A stretch of 64,000 bases of DNA, taken from the human T2T-CHM13v2.0 reference genome, Homo sapiens. A program made the translations under genes and the position numbers. Numbering within the stretch: position 1 is the first letter of the stretch; the number at the start of each line of letters is the position of its first letter. Under the pieces are notes generated by a model. The model worked only from the letters and a program-made list of their open reading frames with translations, was not told where the DNA came from and did not search any database. This document shows positions 29,001 through 44,414 of the stretch, piece by piece. Location of the stretch: NCBI RefSeq assembly GCF_009914755.1, contig NC_060926.1, one strand, 5' to 3'.

Positions 29001-29270
29001 TCCATTCTTTTTAAAGCAAGCATTATATTGATGAACAACAACAAAGAGGACCCAAAACAAGAAAACCTCGTTTTAGAAGAACAATGAAAAATCCTTAACA
29101 GAAATATTAAAAGAACAATATATGACAACCAAGCAATATAAATTTCAGAATATAAGAATTATTAAATATCACTGAATCTATTAATATAAATCATTATATC
29201 AAAAGAAAAATCAAAAGATCATCTCCATATGTGATGGAAAAGACATTTTACATAAGTCAACACCCATTTC

Positions 29271-29349
29271 TATCTTTTTATGTTGCTTTTAACCACAAAG
29301 CATCTTAGCATCATTATAATGTGACTGTGTCATCCATTGTGTGGCATTT
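29271..29349 (+). repeat. 79-bp direct duplication, copy 1
   Basis: identical to 30620-30698 except one position (catcttagc vs catctcagc). Confidence 0.95.
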
Positions 29350-29867
29350 CTATTAATTATTCTTAAATATGGTAATAGGTAGATGATTCCTCAATTTGAT
29401 ATAAAAATATAACATTTATTTTAAAATGCCAATTAAATATGTGTTTGTGTATATTTAGTTTGTGCGGGTGTGTGTTATCTAAAAGTCAGACTTCCTAATA
29501 GAGGAAAGCTAGAAGCTTCCAATTTAGTCAAGAAAAAGATAAGAAAGCTCATGATCACAACTACTGACTTTGTTTCACAGGTATTTGGCCATCCAACTGA
29601 TAAGAAAAATACATATGAAGTATAAAACTTGGAAAAAGAAATTCAGATTATATGACTTTTAGCTTGGAAAATAAAAGGAAATCATTGAAAAACTATCACA
29701 AACAAATAATTTAGTAAAATATCTGGATGCATATTTTATATAAAGAAATCAATCACTTTCCAACTCATGATCAGATTGATGAAATTCAATATGCTGCTAT
29801 AGACCAAGTTCATATTGAACTTCAGCATATAATTTAAAGTGAAAATAGCAAAGCACTGAAGTATTTA

Positions 29868-30262
<395 letters not shown>

Positions 30263-30619
30263 CTATAGAAGGAAACTCCTAACACTGGTTGCCTCTAAGG
30301 AAGGGAATCAGATATGGAAGGGAGGCCGCCTTTTCACTGTCCTCTCTTTATACTTTTGAGTGTTGTATCATATGCATATAAGAACTGTCCAAAATATAAA
30401 TAAAATATATTTTGACCAACATGAAGGAAATATATACTTACTGGCAGTGTTTCTCATTCCACAGTTAGTTCTTAAGGATTCTTATCTTTGGAGTCTTAAA
30501 ATACTCCTAAAAATTCTGGGCCTCAAAATTTATATCTTGGAAACTGTTGAGAAAAACAATAACTATTCTAATCCTGATTCTAACATTTAAAGTTGTTTTA
30601 AACTGAAAGCATAGCCTTA

Positions 30620-30698
30620 TATCTTTTTATGTTGCTTTTAACCACAAAGCATCTCAGCATCATTATAATGTGACTGTGTCATCCATTGTGTGGCATTT
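30620..30698 (+). repeat. 79-bp direct duplication, copy 2
   Basis: see 29271-29349. Confidence 0.95.
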
Positions 30699-30789
30699 TG
30701 CCCTCCTCAGAATGGAGGTAGGGAGGCAGTGGGTGAAAACAACATGAGTCTGCATGGGACCTGCCCCCCAGATCACCAGGACTCAAGCC

Positions 30790-30960
30790 ACAGTGCTGGC
30801 ACCTACAAGCTGGTGACCCTGAGCAAATTCTTAACCAAAGTCCCCATTTGTAAAATAAGGATGATCATAGCCTCCCTCTCAAAAGGCCGTTGTGTGGACA
30901 TTGAGTGAACTCATTCTCACAGAACACCGCACAAGTTACCAGCCCGTGGTAAATGGTATA
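30790..30960 (+). mobile_element. MIR remnant
   Basis: gtgaccctgagcaaattcttaacc...ccccatttgtaaaataaggatgatcatagc...gttgtgtggacattgagtga. Confidence 0.65.
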
Positions 30961-31934
30961 GACGTGCAGCTAGGATGGTTTTTCAGATTTGGGGTCTCAG
31001 CTCAGTTCTTTTGGAAAGTGGTATGCCCTCTTAGATGGCCCTGCTGAGGAAGATGAGCCCACGCCGCTTGACTCTTTCCGTCCTAATTCCCCGTTTGTGG
31101 TTTCTTTGTGTGGGAAGGTAAGAAGTCTGAAAAGCAAGAAACGCGTGCCCTACTTCTGAGTGTGGCAAAAAGGGTACCCACAGCCTGTGGGCTCCTCCTA
31201 TTTTAAAATTCTAATTCTCAAAAACAGAAACCACTGCTTTCTTCCATTGGGTCAGCGAGGCAGTGGATCACTTAGCAAAATTATTTTTCACTTTAGAAGA
31301 ATCATGCTGATTTGTATACAAAGAAAAAATAGGCTTTTTCAATGCAGAGTAAACTTAACTAGAGACTGTAAAAAGATCATCCTTATATGCAAGATAGCCA
31401 TTAAATTACAAACTACAATTACATTTTCTTCTACTACTAATTGTTTAGTGTTAAAAAGGGACCAAGGAAATAAAAATTTAAGAGTTAACTGATTCTCCCG
31501 CAAACACGAACTTAGCCTCTGTTCTGTACCAGGCAATAGTGCTAATTATTGAGTATGGAAAACAATATCAGAGTTCATTCTTTTGAGCAGTTCAGCCTAG
31601 CACCCCCTCTAATGTGCCTCAATAATCAATGTTCTAAGATATCAATTAAGGAAGGTTTAATTTTGTATCATTTTTGCATTTTGGAAAACATATCTTACTC
31701 AGATATTGTCTTTACAAATCCTGGTTTCTATCTGTGTCACTGAAACACCCTTTTCTACTTTTTGCCTAAAGAACAAATCAAAAGTGGGTCAAATGTCTTC
31801 TTCAGAAACTTGTCCCAATACCCCTCCATGCCCCCATCAACTCCACTAGGTTGGCTGGTACAGGGCCTAGGCTCTCTGGGGTATCCTTGCCATAGCCCTG
31901 AACATGCTCTGTTACCAGAGTCTCTCTTTCCTGA

Positions 31935-32053
31935 GAAGCCCCCGCTCCTTGAGGGCATAGATTCCATTGTCCTCATCACTATATTCTCAGCACCAATTAC
32001 AATGCCTGGACTGCAAGAGGTATTTCATAAACGGTGGATGAAGGAATGAATGA
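31935..32053 (+). mobile_element. L2 3' end
   Basis: ctccttgagggca...cagcacc...acaatgcctggac...gatgaaggaatgaatga. Confidence 0.7.
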
Positions 32054-34482
32054 GCGGTTTCAGAAACATTCTGGCTCTCCCTTTACCCACCTGGCTCAAC
32101 CTCAGCTTCCCCCTGGGATTTCTATGGCATGGCCACTGTCTTAGCTAAAGTCCACTAAGCACTGCTTACAGTGCTACCAGCAACTATATGCAAATCTAGA
32201 AAATCCTGACAATCGGTAGGACATCTTTAGGCCATATCATTCTCTAATAGATTCATATCATGATTTATAATTTGAGTAGAAACAGAACATTTGGTATTCA
32301 GTGAAAATAATTTGTTTTGGGAAAAAAAGGATAAAAATATCCAAGAATACCCAAATCGATAGTAATAGCATGCAGATGTTCTTTGTCATGAACTTTACTG
32401 TCAGCGCACTGTTAGGAATTCCCTTCTGTCCTTGAAAGAATAGACTTCGAGTTCCACCTGAAACCGCAAAGTACACAATTGCAAAACCGCACACACTAAT
32501 GGGTACAAAATCATCACCAAACCAAAAACAGGTAGTAGCTTACAAGATGACAGTCTGTCTCAGTCATTCTAGGCAAAGCCTCCCATGCATGGTTCTCTGA
32601 GCCGTTTGCATCTCTTTCCTTCTGTTGGTTTTTGGGCATTTTTCTACTCTCTTGATCATTTCAGTACCAGCAGGAGGGTAGGAGAGGCAAATAGAGATGA
32701 AATCATAATCCTCTTTCCTTCCCCCTCATGGTATTTATGATAAAAGGCTTGAGGGAAAAGAGAGCTAAATTTAAGAGCTGAAATGAGGGCTTTGAATAAC
32801 CCTAGGGTTTTGATTATTCATGGCAATGGCTCTCTCCTGTTTTCACAGACATTTGATTCAAGTCAACAAGTGCATCCTGAGAATCAATTCTTTCCCATAC
32901 AAAGTGCTAGGCATTTTGAGAAATACAAGAGAACCAAAGATTTCAGCTCTGCTCTCAGGAAGTTTTTTGTCTCTTGAGCAGTACAAGGTTGACATATGTG
33001 AAATAACCATGAGCCATTAAGACAGTAAGGATAATCAAAGATCCAAATAAATAGAATAAATACACGTATGATGGAAATTCCCAGCGTCAGTTGCACACGC
33101 TCAAACTGGCTCTTCTCTCTCATCCCCAGCTACACAATGGCTGATGAGAACTGGCCTAGAATCTTGTCTCCCTCTTTTATAATATATTAACACCAAGAGC
33201 AGCAATACACCAAAGTTCAAATATGGTAACAAAAATGATGACAATGCAAGATTTTTTACTAACAAAGATACCCTGAGAGCCTGGCAACCAGGCCACGCCA
33301 ACATCGAAAGGAATTAATTTTTTTGGTTTCCAGCACTGAAGCTTCTCACTCAGGATTCCAACAAACCACTCTCCCTGGTGACCTGAAGACCCAAACGGTC
33401 ACTATCTCATCCCTGCCCCGTAAAGAACGTCACACAAGGGCACTTGTTCTACAGTCGTGGTCAAATAGCCAGTGGGAACGCTTTGTTCCAATTTGGAATC
33501 TAATTCTGTGATACGTGTAGATTATAATACATTGCAATTTTTCTTCATTCTCTTTGCATGTAAATTAATCCACTGCACTGGAACTACTACTTAAAACAAA
33601 GGGTGTTGATTTATAGTCAGTCTCTCCCTCATAAATCACACCTGCAGCGTGGTGCTCAGGGCCCGCCGGGCTGTGCCAGCACTTACCTTTTATAAATGAT
33701 GTGGGGTGACCTCCCATTGTGAAGCAGCCTGATACAATCCCATTCTTCCTTCCCACATTCACTTTTCCTTGGCTGGTTATTCCCACAGGGACTTCAGACC
33801 CTGTGTTTGCAAGCATGCCAGTTGTGTTCTGTTTTGTTTTATTTTTTACATTAAGGAGTGTCAAAATTAAAATCTATGGCTTTGCCCCCCTGTATTTGCT
33901 ATCTATGGAAATACAGCTGTGCCTCTTGTCCCCTCCCTTGTAACCAACATGCCTTTCAGCATCTCATCTGGGTCACTTTTAGAGTCAGAAGTCTGACCTT
34001 TCAAGAGCCTAGAGTGCGAGGGGGCAGCCGGCTTTCTCATTCAGCAGAGGAAGCTGGCTAATAACCACAGAAGTTCCCCCATGAAGTGTTCTGTTGGGTC
34101 TTAGGGGAGAAATGCTCAAAGTCCGTCATTTCCCGTGCATCTGGTTTCCCTGCCACTTTCAGAGACCTACAGGAAGCCAGGCGGAAGGCGTGTCAAGGAA
34201 GCAGGGACTCAGGATAGCAGCCATGCCTGGGAGAGCTAAAATCAGCCCTCACCAGACCCTTTCCTGATGGAGTAGGCAGTGTCAGGAAAGAAAAGGGTGA
34301 CAACATGTTCTTAAAGCCCAGGGTAGTGACAGCAGGTCCCTGAGCCCAGATCTGAAAACGTATTTATCTTTCCTGAAGTCTTGAGATGTTAAAGGTTCCT
34401 AGTACAATACGCACAGCAGAGCTGGGAGCATCCCCTGTATATATTGCCCTGTTGTTAACGGCTGTTATAATGGTAATGGTAT

Positions 34483-34884
34483 TGTTACAAGAAAAACTTT
34501 AGATAAATTAATTCAACAGAGTTTAATTGATCAAAGAACAATTCTCCAATTGGGCAGCGCTTGGAACCAGAAGAGAGGCTCAGAGAGCTCTCCACTCTGC
34601 AAGTGCGCAGGCAGCATTTATGGGCAGAAAACAGAAGTGTGGTACAGAAAGGGCCTGACTGATTACAGGCAGCCTTTGCCATATTTGAATGTGGTCTGAA
34701 CAGCTGGCGGTCTGGGATTGACTGAAGTTCAGCTGCTGTGATTGGCTGAGACTCAGTTATGATACAAAAGTATACTTCAAAGGTGGGCTTTCAGTGAGTT
34801 TACATACTAAGTTACCTTGCAATTTGTTACCCAGGGACTCAAAGTAGGGAGGCCTCCTCAGGCCACATTTAGCTTAATTTAACA
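34483..34884 (-). mobile_element. ERV1 solo LTR (MER57-like)
   Basis: TGTTA...TAACA termini; reverse strand begins tgttaaattaagctaaatgtggcctgagg; repeated gattgg/gattga motifs; 4-bp flanks gtat/gtgt. Confidence 0.75.
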
Positions 34885-35623
34885 GTGTCATTATTAACAA
34901 AAGTGAGGGGTGGGCAGCTTCACCTTCCTGTTAAAGGGGATGGGAGCCTCTGGTCGGCCTCCACTGGGTCACCTCGGGCAAGCCACACAACCTCAGCAGG
35001 CGTCACTTTATTTTCTAGTGCAGTGAGCATAGGGGCCATGTTTTAACTTACTTCTAGCTATAAAGTTAAATTATTCTGAGATGTATGCAATCAAGGAAGA
35101 TTGATGATTATTAGGAAAGCACTCCCCCAAAAATTTGGTGTAAGAACCAGTTAAGTGTTACCTAGTGGGAAACATTTGGGACATACTAGGTTTCCTTATG
35201 GCAGGCCTTCTCAGAACATTTTTTGGGTCTTCTTTTTTTTTTTTATTGTTTTCTTTATTTTATAGGATTATTTAAGTTACAAAAAAATACATGCTCCTTA
35301 TAAACAATACAGAGGTTAGTTAATTAAATATGGATAACCTCACCTTCGTTACTCCAATACCAGCCCCAGAGGTAAATAACACTAGGGTTTGGTATGTCTG
35401 CATCTTCCCAAAATCTCAGGTCCACCAGGACTCTCTAGGAGGAGGATGGAGCAAGAAACCTTACCCAAATTGTTTGACCATCCTACCGTTTTTCACATAG
35501 CATCTCACAGGTCTGTGTCTTGCTCTGGTTTACATACTAAGGGAAATCTTGAAATAAAGCTAAGGATTGCTTTTGATGGAATAAGATTCTTTTACAAAAT
35601 CTGTAAGAAATCCACACAGGTAA

Positions 35624-35984
<361 letters not shown>

Positions 35985-37683
35985 GATCCATTCATTTTTA
36001 ATAAGATTTGGGAGAATCTTTAAATCACCAAGATGCCACAAATAGCTTCTCTGAAGGAGGCTCTCAGACCCAGTGTCCAGGTTCCTCCCAGCTTGGGCTA
36101 TCACTTACCCTGTGTGTCCTCAGCTTCTCCAAGCATCAGGGATGGAAGATGGTGGGACTCAAAACAACCCCTGCCACACACACAAAGGCTGGCAGAGGCT
36201 GACACTGTGATCATTAGGTTCCCAGCTCCAGCAGCCCCTGGCGCATAGCAGGTCCTTGGCAAGCACTGTTGAATTTGTGGAGGAATAAATACAACACTCA
36301 TTAACAAAATGAGAAAACAGCTAACAAAAATGTAAGGCCCATCACCTGGCCTGGCCACTGGTCAGAGCCTCTGTTGTCCAGCTTGTAATATTTTACTTAA
36401 CACAAAAAAAAAACCTCTGAATTCACCAGTACTATTCCTGTTTTGCTGAGGGTTCAAGTTTGTGTGACTAGAAGTCCAAAATCTTGGTTCTATAGCCTCT
36501 GATTACAAGCCAAGTCATCACACTCCACCACAGTTGCCTCTATCCTTCCTTCCTCCAAGTCCTGCAGTCTAATCCTTAGGGATTGTGGATTGGGCACGAC
36601 AGAGTGCAAGACAGCTGGATGCAGGCAGCACACCTGAGGTCTGGGCAGATTGAAGGGTAACTGTGCGGTCTTTAGCCTAAGTGAGCTCTCACGGGTTTCA
36701 CTCTATCAGCACCCCCACGACACTGTCTATTTCATCCTATCTTCCATCCAACCTTCAGCCTATTCTCAAATGAAAGTGATTCCATTATAGTGGCAACCTT
36801 GGACATTTTCCAAACATAAATAGCAACATTAACACATCATAACCAAAAACACAGGGAAAATATTACTACTACTGTGTGTCTTCCCAGGTCACAGACTGAA
36901 CTTGATTAAGTACTGAAATACAAAATGTCCACGTTGGCCTCTAAACCATAGATCATTGAGATGCACTATCATTTATTCACTGAACATGTACTACAACATG
37001 TACCTGTGCCGGATCCTGAGTGAGACACCAGAGATACAAAGGTGAATAGGACAGGTGCCCTGTCTTCCCAGTAGTCACAGGCTGGAGAGGAGGCCAAACC
37101 TGCATTCAAACCATCACAGCACAGTGAGTACCTAATAGTGGAGGAATTAAACCCAGGTGTAGACAAAAACAGAATCAAAACAACGACAAAACATTTGCAA
37201 TAAAATCCAGGAAAAAATAGAAAATATTTTTAAACTGAACCCTAGGAACTGTATTTTAGGCCCAACTATAAAACCTGCTCTGGTTTAGTTTCTGTAGACT
37301 TACAAGTTTCCATTTTCCACATCCAAATGTGCACAGAAGAGATTCAATACCTGTGAGGTTCCAGTGGATTTCAAAATGCACTCACCTCTTGGTAGTGAAA
37401 CAAAAGCTTATTCTGGCGAAGAATATCTCATGATATGTATGGAGAAGATTTCAAATATCCAAGATTAGATTGACAGATTAAATATTTGGTGTTGGAGTAG
37501 TATAAAGGGTTCTGAATCTTCAGAGGGAATGTTCTCAGCAGAAGACACAGCAAATTCAAAGTCCCTGCAGCAGGAAGGGGCATGGCCCAGTACAGAATAT
37601 TAAGGTCAGTGTGGCTGGAGACAGGCAGCCAAAGGGAAACAAAGACACAAAGGCAGAGAGTTAGACAGCACGGTAGGTAGTTG

Positions 37684-38126
<443 letters not shown>

Positions 38127-38949
38127 TAATAGAGGGGTAATATGCTCTGATATACATTTGTTAAAAGGTCATTCTGGCTGCTTTGGGGGAAAGGAATTTA
38201 GGTGGGAAAGACTGGTTGTAGAAAGGCCAACTCAAGATTAAGAGACAATAATGGAAAAGTCCAGGGAATAGCTGGTATTGGCTTGGTCCCGGGTGGTAAC
38301 ATTGGAAATTGTGAGAATGGTGAGACTAGAAAGATACTTTGAAAGTAAAGCCAGTAAGGTGGGGTGTTAGATTAGATGTGAGGGTAAAGGAAGTGGTTAA
38401 TCCTCAATGAACCCTGGGTTTTTGGAATAAGAAACTGGGTGGATGGTGATGCCATGAAGCAAAATAAGTTTTGAGGGATGAAAGTGGGAATCAACAGCAG
38501 AGCTTTGGCCTGGTTAGTTTTGAGATGACCCTAGGACATTGAAGTGGAGCTGCAGAACAGACAGTGATGTGTGAATGTGACCTCCTTGGCAGGGTCTGAA
38601 GGAGGGATACCTTTATGGTTCATCACCATGCATCCTTTCACTGAATCTGCTAAGCAGTGATATGGTGAGTCTTGTAGAGTAAATAATTATCCACATTTTC
38701 CAGGGAGAGCACTGAGGCTCAGAGAGATTGAGTTAATTCAACAAAAGCCGCATCAACAGGTAAATCATACCTCTGAGAATACAACCTCCACCAGCAAGTC
38801 TAGTGCCCTTTCTACTACACCACAAAGAAAACCACAGAGAACGTAGCAAGAGAGGGCTAAGAATAATCTGAAATTAGCATATCGGAAATTCCTGTTTTGA
38901 TTACTTACCCATTAATTTAAATTTTGGGCACTAAACTCAATTATAATCA

Positions 38950-40161
38950 TTTTATTATTATTATTATATTATTATTATTATACTTTAAGTTCTGGAGTAC
39001 ATGTGCAGAACATGCAGGTTTGTTACATAGGTATACGCATGCCATGGTGGTTTGCTGCACCCATCAACCCGTCATTTACATTAGGTATTTCTCCTAATGC
39101 TATTCCTCCCCTAGCCTCCCACCCCCCGACAGACCCTGGTGTGTGATGTTCCCCTCCCTGTGTCCATGTGTTCTCATTGTCCAACTCCCACTTATGAGTG
39201 AGAACATGCGGTGTTTGGTTTTCTGTTCTTCTGTTAGTTTGCTAAGAATGACAGTTTTCAGCTCCATCCATGTCCCTGCAAAGGACATGAACTCATCCTT
39301 TTTTATGGCTGCATCGTATTCCATGGTGTATATGTGCCACGTTTTCTTTATCCAGTTTATCACTGAGGGGCATTTGGATTGGTTCCAAGTCTTTGCTATT
39401 GTGAACAGTGCCACAATAAACATACATGTGCATGTGTCTTTACAGTAGAATGATTTATAATCCTTTGGGTATATAACCAGTAATGGGATTGCTGGGTCAA
39501 ATGGTATTTCTGGTTCCAGATCCTTGAAGAATCGCCACACTGACTTCCACAATGGTTGAACTAGTTTACACTCACACCAACAGTGTAAAAGCGTTCCTAT
39601 TTTTCCACATCCTCTCCAGTATCTGTTGCTTCCTGACATTTTAATGATTGCCATTCTAACTGGCATGAGATGGTATCTCATTGTGGTTTTGATTTGCATT
39701 TCTCTAATGACCAGTGATGATGAGCTTTTTTTTTCATGTTTGCTGGCTGCATAAATGTATTCTTTAGAGAAGTGTCTATTCATATCCTTCTCCCACTTTT
39801 TGATGGGGTTGTTTGTTTTTTTCTTGTAAATTTGTTTAAGTTCTTGTAGATTCTGGATATTAGCCCTTTGTCAAAATGATAGATTGCAAAAATTTTCTCC
39901 CATTCTGTATTTTGCCTGTTCACTCTGATGATAGTTTCTTTTGCTGTGCAGAAGCAATTTAGTTTAATTAGATCCCATTTATCTATTTTGACTTTTGTTG
40001 CCATTGCTTTTGGTGTTTAAGTCATGAAGTCTTCGCCCATGCCTGTGTCCTGAATGGTATTGCCTAGGTTTTCTTCTAGGGTTTTTATGGCTTTAGGTCT
40101 TATGTTTAAATCTTTAATCTATCTTGAATTAATTTTTGTATAAGGTGTAAGGAAGGGATCA
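38950..40161 (-). mobile_element. L1PA (about PA7-PA8) 3' 1.2 kb, 5'-truncated, disrupted ORF2 C-terminus
   Basis: ORFs 39780-40004 ([10 protein letters not shown]) and 39100-39783 ([31 protein letters not shown]) are L1 ORF2p pieces in different frames; 3'UTR and (TTA)n tail. Confidence 0.97.
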
Positions 40162-40803
40162 TTGTTAAGATGTTCTACTAGCTCTCCATTATCCCTTCTT
40201 TGAACTTATAATCAGGCAAGTGTCTATAAAAATTGTGTAAGACTTTGAAATGGACCAGAAAAAAAAAGATTGTAGTCTGTCTTGCCTAGTTCACCCTTCC
40301 AAGTTCTCACAAACTTTCCTTGTCTTTGAGCTATTTTACAACTGTAAACTGTAGAAAACTGATAGTAATGCAGGTGATTTGTGTCCATAGAAATGCAAAT
40401 TGTGTTTGGTGGTGATGCACTTGGTTACTTCTCCTGGGATATTGACCAGTTTTATATCTATTTGTAAATTTACTTCAGTGTCCCTGATTGCCTACGTATG
40501 CATATTTTAAATTCTCTTTTGAACTGGTAGTAATATCTTATTGGTTCTTTTATTAATAAATGAGTTAAAGTAAAGCTCTGATAGCCATTCATTCGTGTTT
40601 GTATAAGTCGTGATTTTAACACTTTTTAAAAATTATGTTTAACATAGATTACTTTTTAACAATAGAAATGTTAAAATCATTTAAAAAATGTTCCCCCAAA
40701 TTTTGAAGAATTTATTTTTCTGAAATAAATTGCTTACATTTTAGAAACCACTTTTCGAATTTTAGAACTATAGGTCAATGTACCAGTAAATTACCTGTGA
40801 GAT

Positions 40804-41097
40804 TTTCTTTTTTTTTTTTTTTTTTTTGAGATGGAGTTTCGCTCATTGCCCAAGCTGGAGTGCAATGATGCAATCTTGGCTCCACCTCCCGGGTTCAAGT
40901 GATTCTCCTGCTTCAGCTTCCTAAGTAGCTGGGATTACAGGCGTGCAGCACCTCGCCTGGCTAATTTTTTGTATTTTTAGTAGAAACGGGGGTTTCACCA
41001 TGTTAGCCAGGCTCTTCTCGAACTCCTGACCTCAGACGATCCACCTGCTTCGGCCTCCCAAAGTGCTGGTATTACAGGCATAAACCACCCCACCCAG
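40804..41097 (-). mobile_element. Alu (AluS-like) with a small internal deletion
   Basis: poly(T), gagatggagtttcgctc...; ggctccacctcccggg lacks actgcaacctc. Confidence 0.95.
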
Positions 41098-41202
41098 ACA
41101 ACTAGTGAGACTTTCTTATATTGAATAGTTTGTAGTGAGATTAAGGTTTCCATAGCCCACAGATCATGAATGCTATATTCAAACCATTTTCTAAATGGTT
41201 GT

Positions 41203-41510
<308 letters not shown>

Positions 41511-43849
41511 TTTTTAAAGTGGTTGTGAGTCTTTCGTAGCTGAATGCCAAAAACTATTTGCTCCTCACCAACCACTTAACTCTTCATTGAACGAAGAAGA
41601 TGGGTTTTGAAGCAACTTCATACATCCATTCTGACAAAGAAGTGTTGTGTAAGTGTGGCTGCAGTGATGGATAGGGGTTGGTGATCTAATGAACATTTTA
41701 TATTAGAACAAAAGCAAATATCTCCTCCCCTGGGTATGAAGAACTGGCCACAGAAGATGGGAGTTGAAAAATTTGTAGAAGAAGCCAAAAGCCTATTAGG
41801 AAAAAAAAGACAGACCCAGACATTCAAAATTGAGAATCTGTCAAGACTAATAGTGTCCCTGTCCCAAGATTCCCAAGAGGAATTGAGCAGGAAGTCACTG
41901 AGAGTTTATTTGCTGGCTTGGACTCAATACAAGGCCTGAAGTCTTGTTGAGAAGGGCTGCTCCCAGCATAGCTTGTGCTGGTAACTCCTAAACATAGCCA
42001 CCCAAGCACTGTGTCCTGTGGCAGGGAAAGCTTGGCTAAGCCTATCTGTATGAACTGTGGGAACTGTACCCTGGGAGGCCACACATAGACCACAATCTCA
42101 GCTTGTGCAGAAATGGAGAAAACAAGGGCATCAATACAATGGATGTGTGTTCACCGGGCTGTGCAGGACAGATCTTCAACAGTGCTGCCATGTGGTTGTA
42201 AGGAACAACTGTTAATAGTGGCTATTGAGCACCTTCCCAGTTCCTTCATGGCTGAGATTTAGAAGCGGAATTGACTGAACCTGCATTATGTTTTAACTGG
42301 ACCTCATAAGAGATAATTTAAAAACCAGAATTGGAAAAAAAGCAGTTGACAACTCTTTATAGCTTTTCAGCTCTTTCAACTTCAGCTCCTGCCCTTTCTG
42401 AAGGACAGAGGAGAAAGGGGGCAGGAATTGCCATCTATTGCTGGTAAAGCAGGTAAGATTTGAGCCAGGGGCCCAGGCCCATCTGATCAGAAGCCCCTGG
42501 TCTCAGATTTTAAGACTCAGGTATTCTGGCCATAAGACCAGGACTCAGTGACGTTCTGCCAAGGGCCATAAAACTTGGGACAAAAATGCAAGTTATGGAA
42601 AACTTCAGTTGCAGATATCTTTGCTTCTAATGCCAATAGAGCTTCTTGGGACAACTGAAAGATAAGGCTACATATAAAGGCTTTTTGAGTTCCATAAAGA
42701 AAGACACTAAATAAGTCCATGCCAAGCCAGCCCTTCAGATAGGTGAGCGGAGAACCAAGTCAGAGCCCCCAGAATAGACACTGGATGCCTACCACTGCAG
42801 TTTTCACTTCCACATGACCCAGAGTTGCACTTCCAGGTAGGCCTGGTGGTTACTGAAAGTGATCCAAGGTGGTGAGGCTGTTAGTCCAGGTTCTCCATTA
42901 ACTTTGGCCCCACCTGCAACCATCGTTAGGTTAGGAGAGGAACTTCAAGTACAGACTTCACCCAGAATGAAACTAGCTCAAAGCAAGAAATTCTTAGTAA
43001 CACCATCACCTCCTATTTCATATAGACTCAGGGTCCAGTCTCTGGGTCAAAGTCCCTTTTGTTTCCTTATGTGCCTTCCCAGTGGTCCCCTGTCCTTAGT
43101 CTCTGTAAAATGGAAACAATTCGATGGAACTCAGTAGCTCACTCAAAGTGTGCATGTTTTCTTTAATATCAAAAAGATCTAGACTTCTGGAGGGTTATAG
43201 AACTAAAGCCAGAGAATCTTACAGTGATCGAAACTGGTCTAATGCCATTAGCTAAAAATCTTTCAGGGTTTTCTCTCTAGAGAAAACAGAAACCAGGCAA
43301 TTTTCAGCAATTTTATCTGTCCTAAATCTATCCAAACAAATATGCTGGGGAGAAGAAGATATAAGCACTTAATCATGAGAAACATCCTTGACAAAGAAAG
43401 ATCAGAATAGGAGCTGAGCAGGAAAAGAGAGCACAAGGTGAGGGGCAGGGGAATAAAATAGGATGACAGGAAGAATGAATTACTTCCCTCTTGGTCAGTC
43501 ATTAAACTTCACCCAGGCTAGTGGTGAAGGAAAGTCACTCCCACACCATAAATAGGAACGGAGCCGTCCTTTTTCACCTTCAAATTTCAGCCAAGGGTCC
43601 ATATCACGAACCTTCCTTCAATGTTTACAGGAAAAAGGAGGTGTTACAAAATATATTCTCCTGAATAAATCTTAGAGAGCTTCAGCTGTAAGATTGTTAA
43701 AATTAAAAGAAACAAGTGGTTGAGCAATTGGAGATTATCAATGCTAACTGGCAAAGGAGAGGATGGCTGGGTATGAGTCACTTTGAAAATACTGGGTCTA
43801 GTTTCCTGAATGCAGTATTATTCATTAATTATTCCTTCCTGCCTGCCTT

Positions 43850-43895
43850 GTTTCCTTCCTTCCTTTCTTCCTTCCTTCCTTCCTTCTTTCCTTTC
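43850..43895. repeat. (TTCC)n-like microsatellite
   Basis: direct reading. Confidence 0.85.
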
Positions 43896-44414
43896 TTTAT
43901 TGTGCTTTAAGTAGTTCACAGCTTCATGGGAGAGAGGTACCTAGTACACAAATAGCTGCATTAAAATGGGAACAGTGGTAACAGTCACAGAACAGGCCTG
44001 TTAAGATACCTCCACTGCTTGGCAAGTTCAAAAAGGGCAGAAACTAAGGTTGAAGTAGCTGAGAAGTTATCATTATCATTTAACTCCAATTTTACCTAAT
44101 TTGATTTTTTTAATTCTCTCTCCTGAAGCCCAGGTAGGATACAAAACCAAGTCTGGTGGCACGTATGAGGAGGAGCTCAGGACACGAGCAGGACCTGGGT
44201 AGCAGGGTTAGCTTGTCCTTGGTCAGGAGAACAGGTACTGACTTGCTCATGGGCATGACAACCAGTGAAACAGCAGTCGCTGTCATTTATTTAACGTGGA
44301 CTATGTCCTCCACATTTACTTACCTGCCAAAGGGGATGACCTTGCCAATTCGCCTTTTATAGGTGAGAAGACAGAAGCTAAGAGGTTCAGTAGCAGCCCA
44401 AGAATACATACCTT

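Noticed and set aside
39100-40004. 227-aa and 74-aa ORFs with real protein homology
   Set aside because: Frameshifted L1 ORF2p C-terminus in a 5'-truncated L1PA; neither a cellular gene nor an active element
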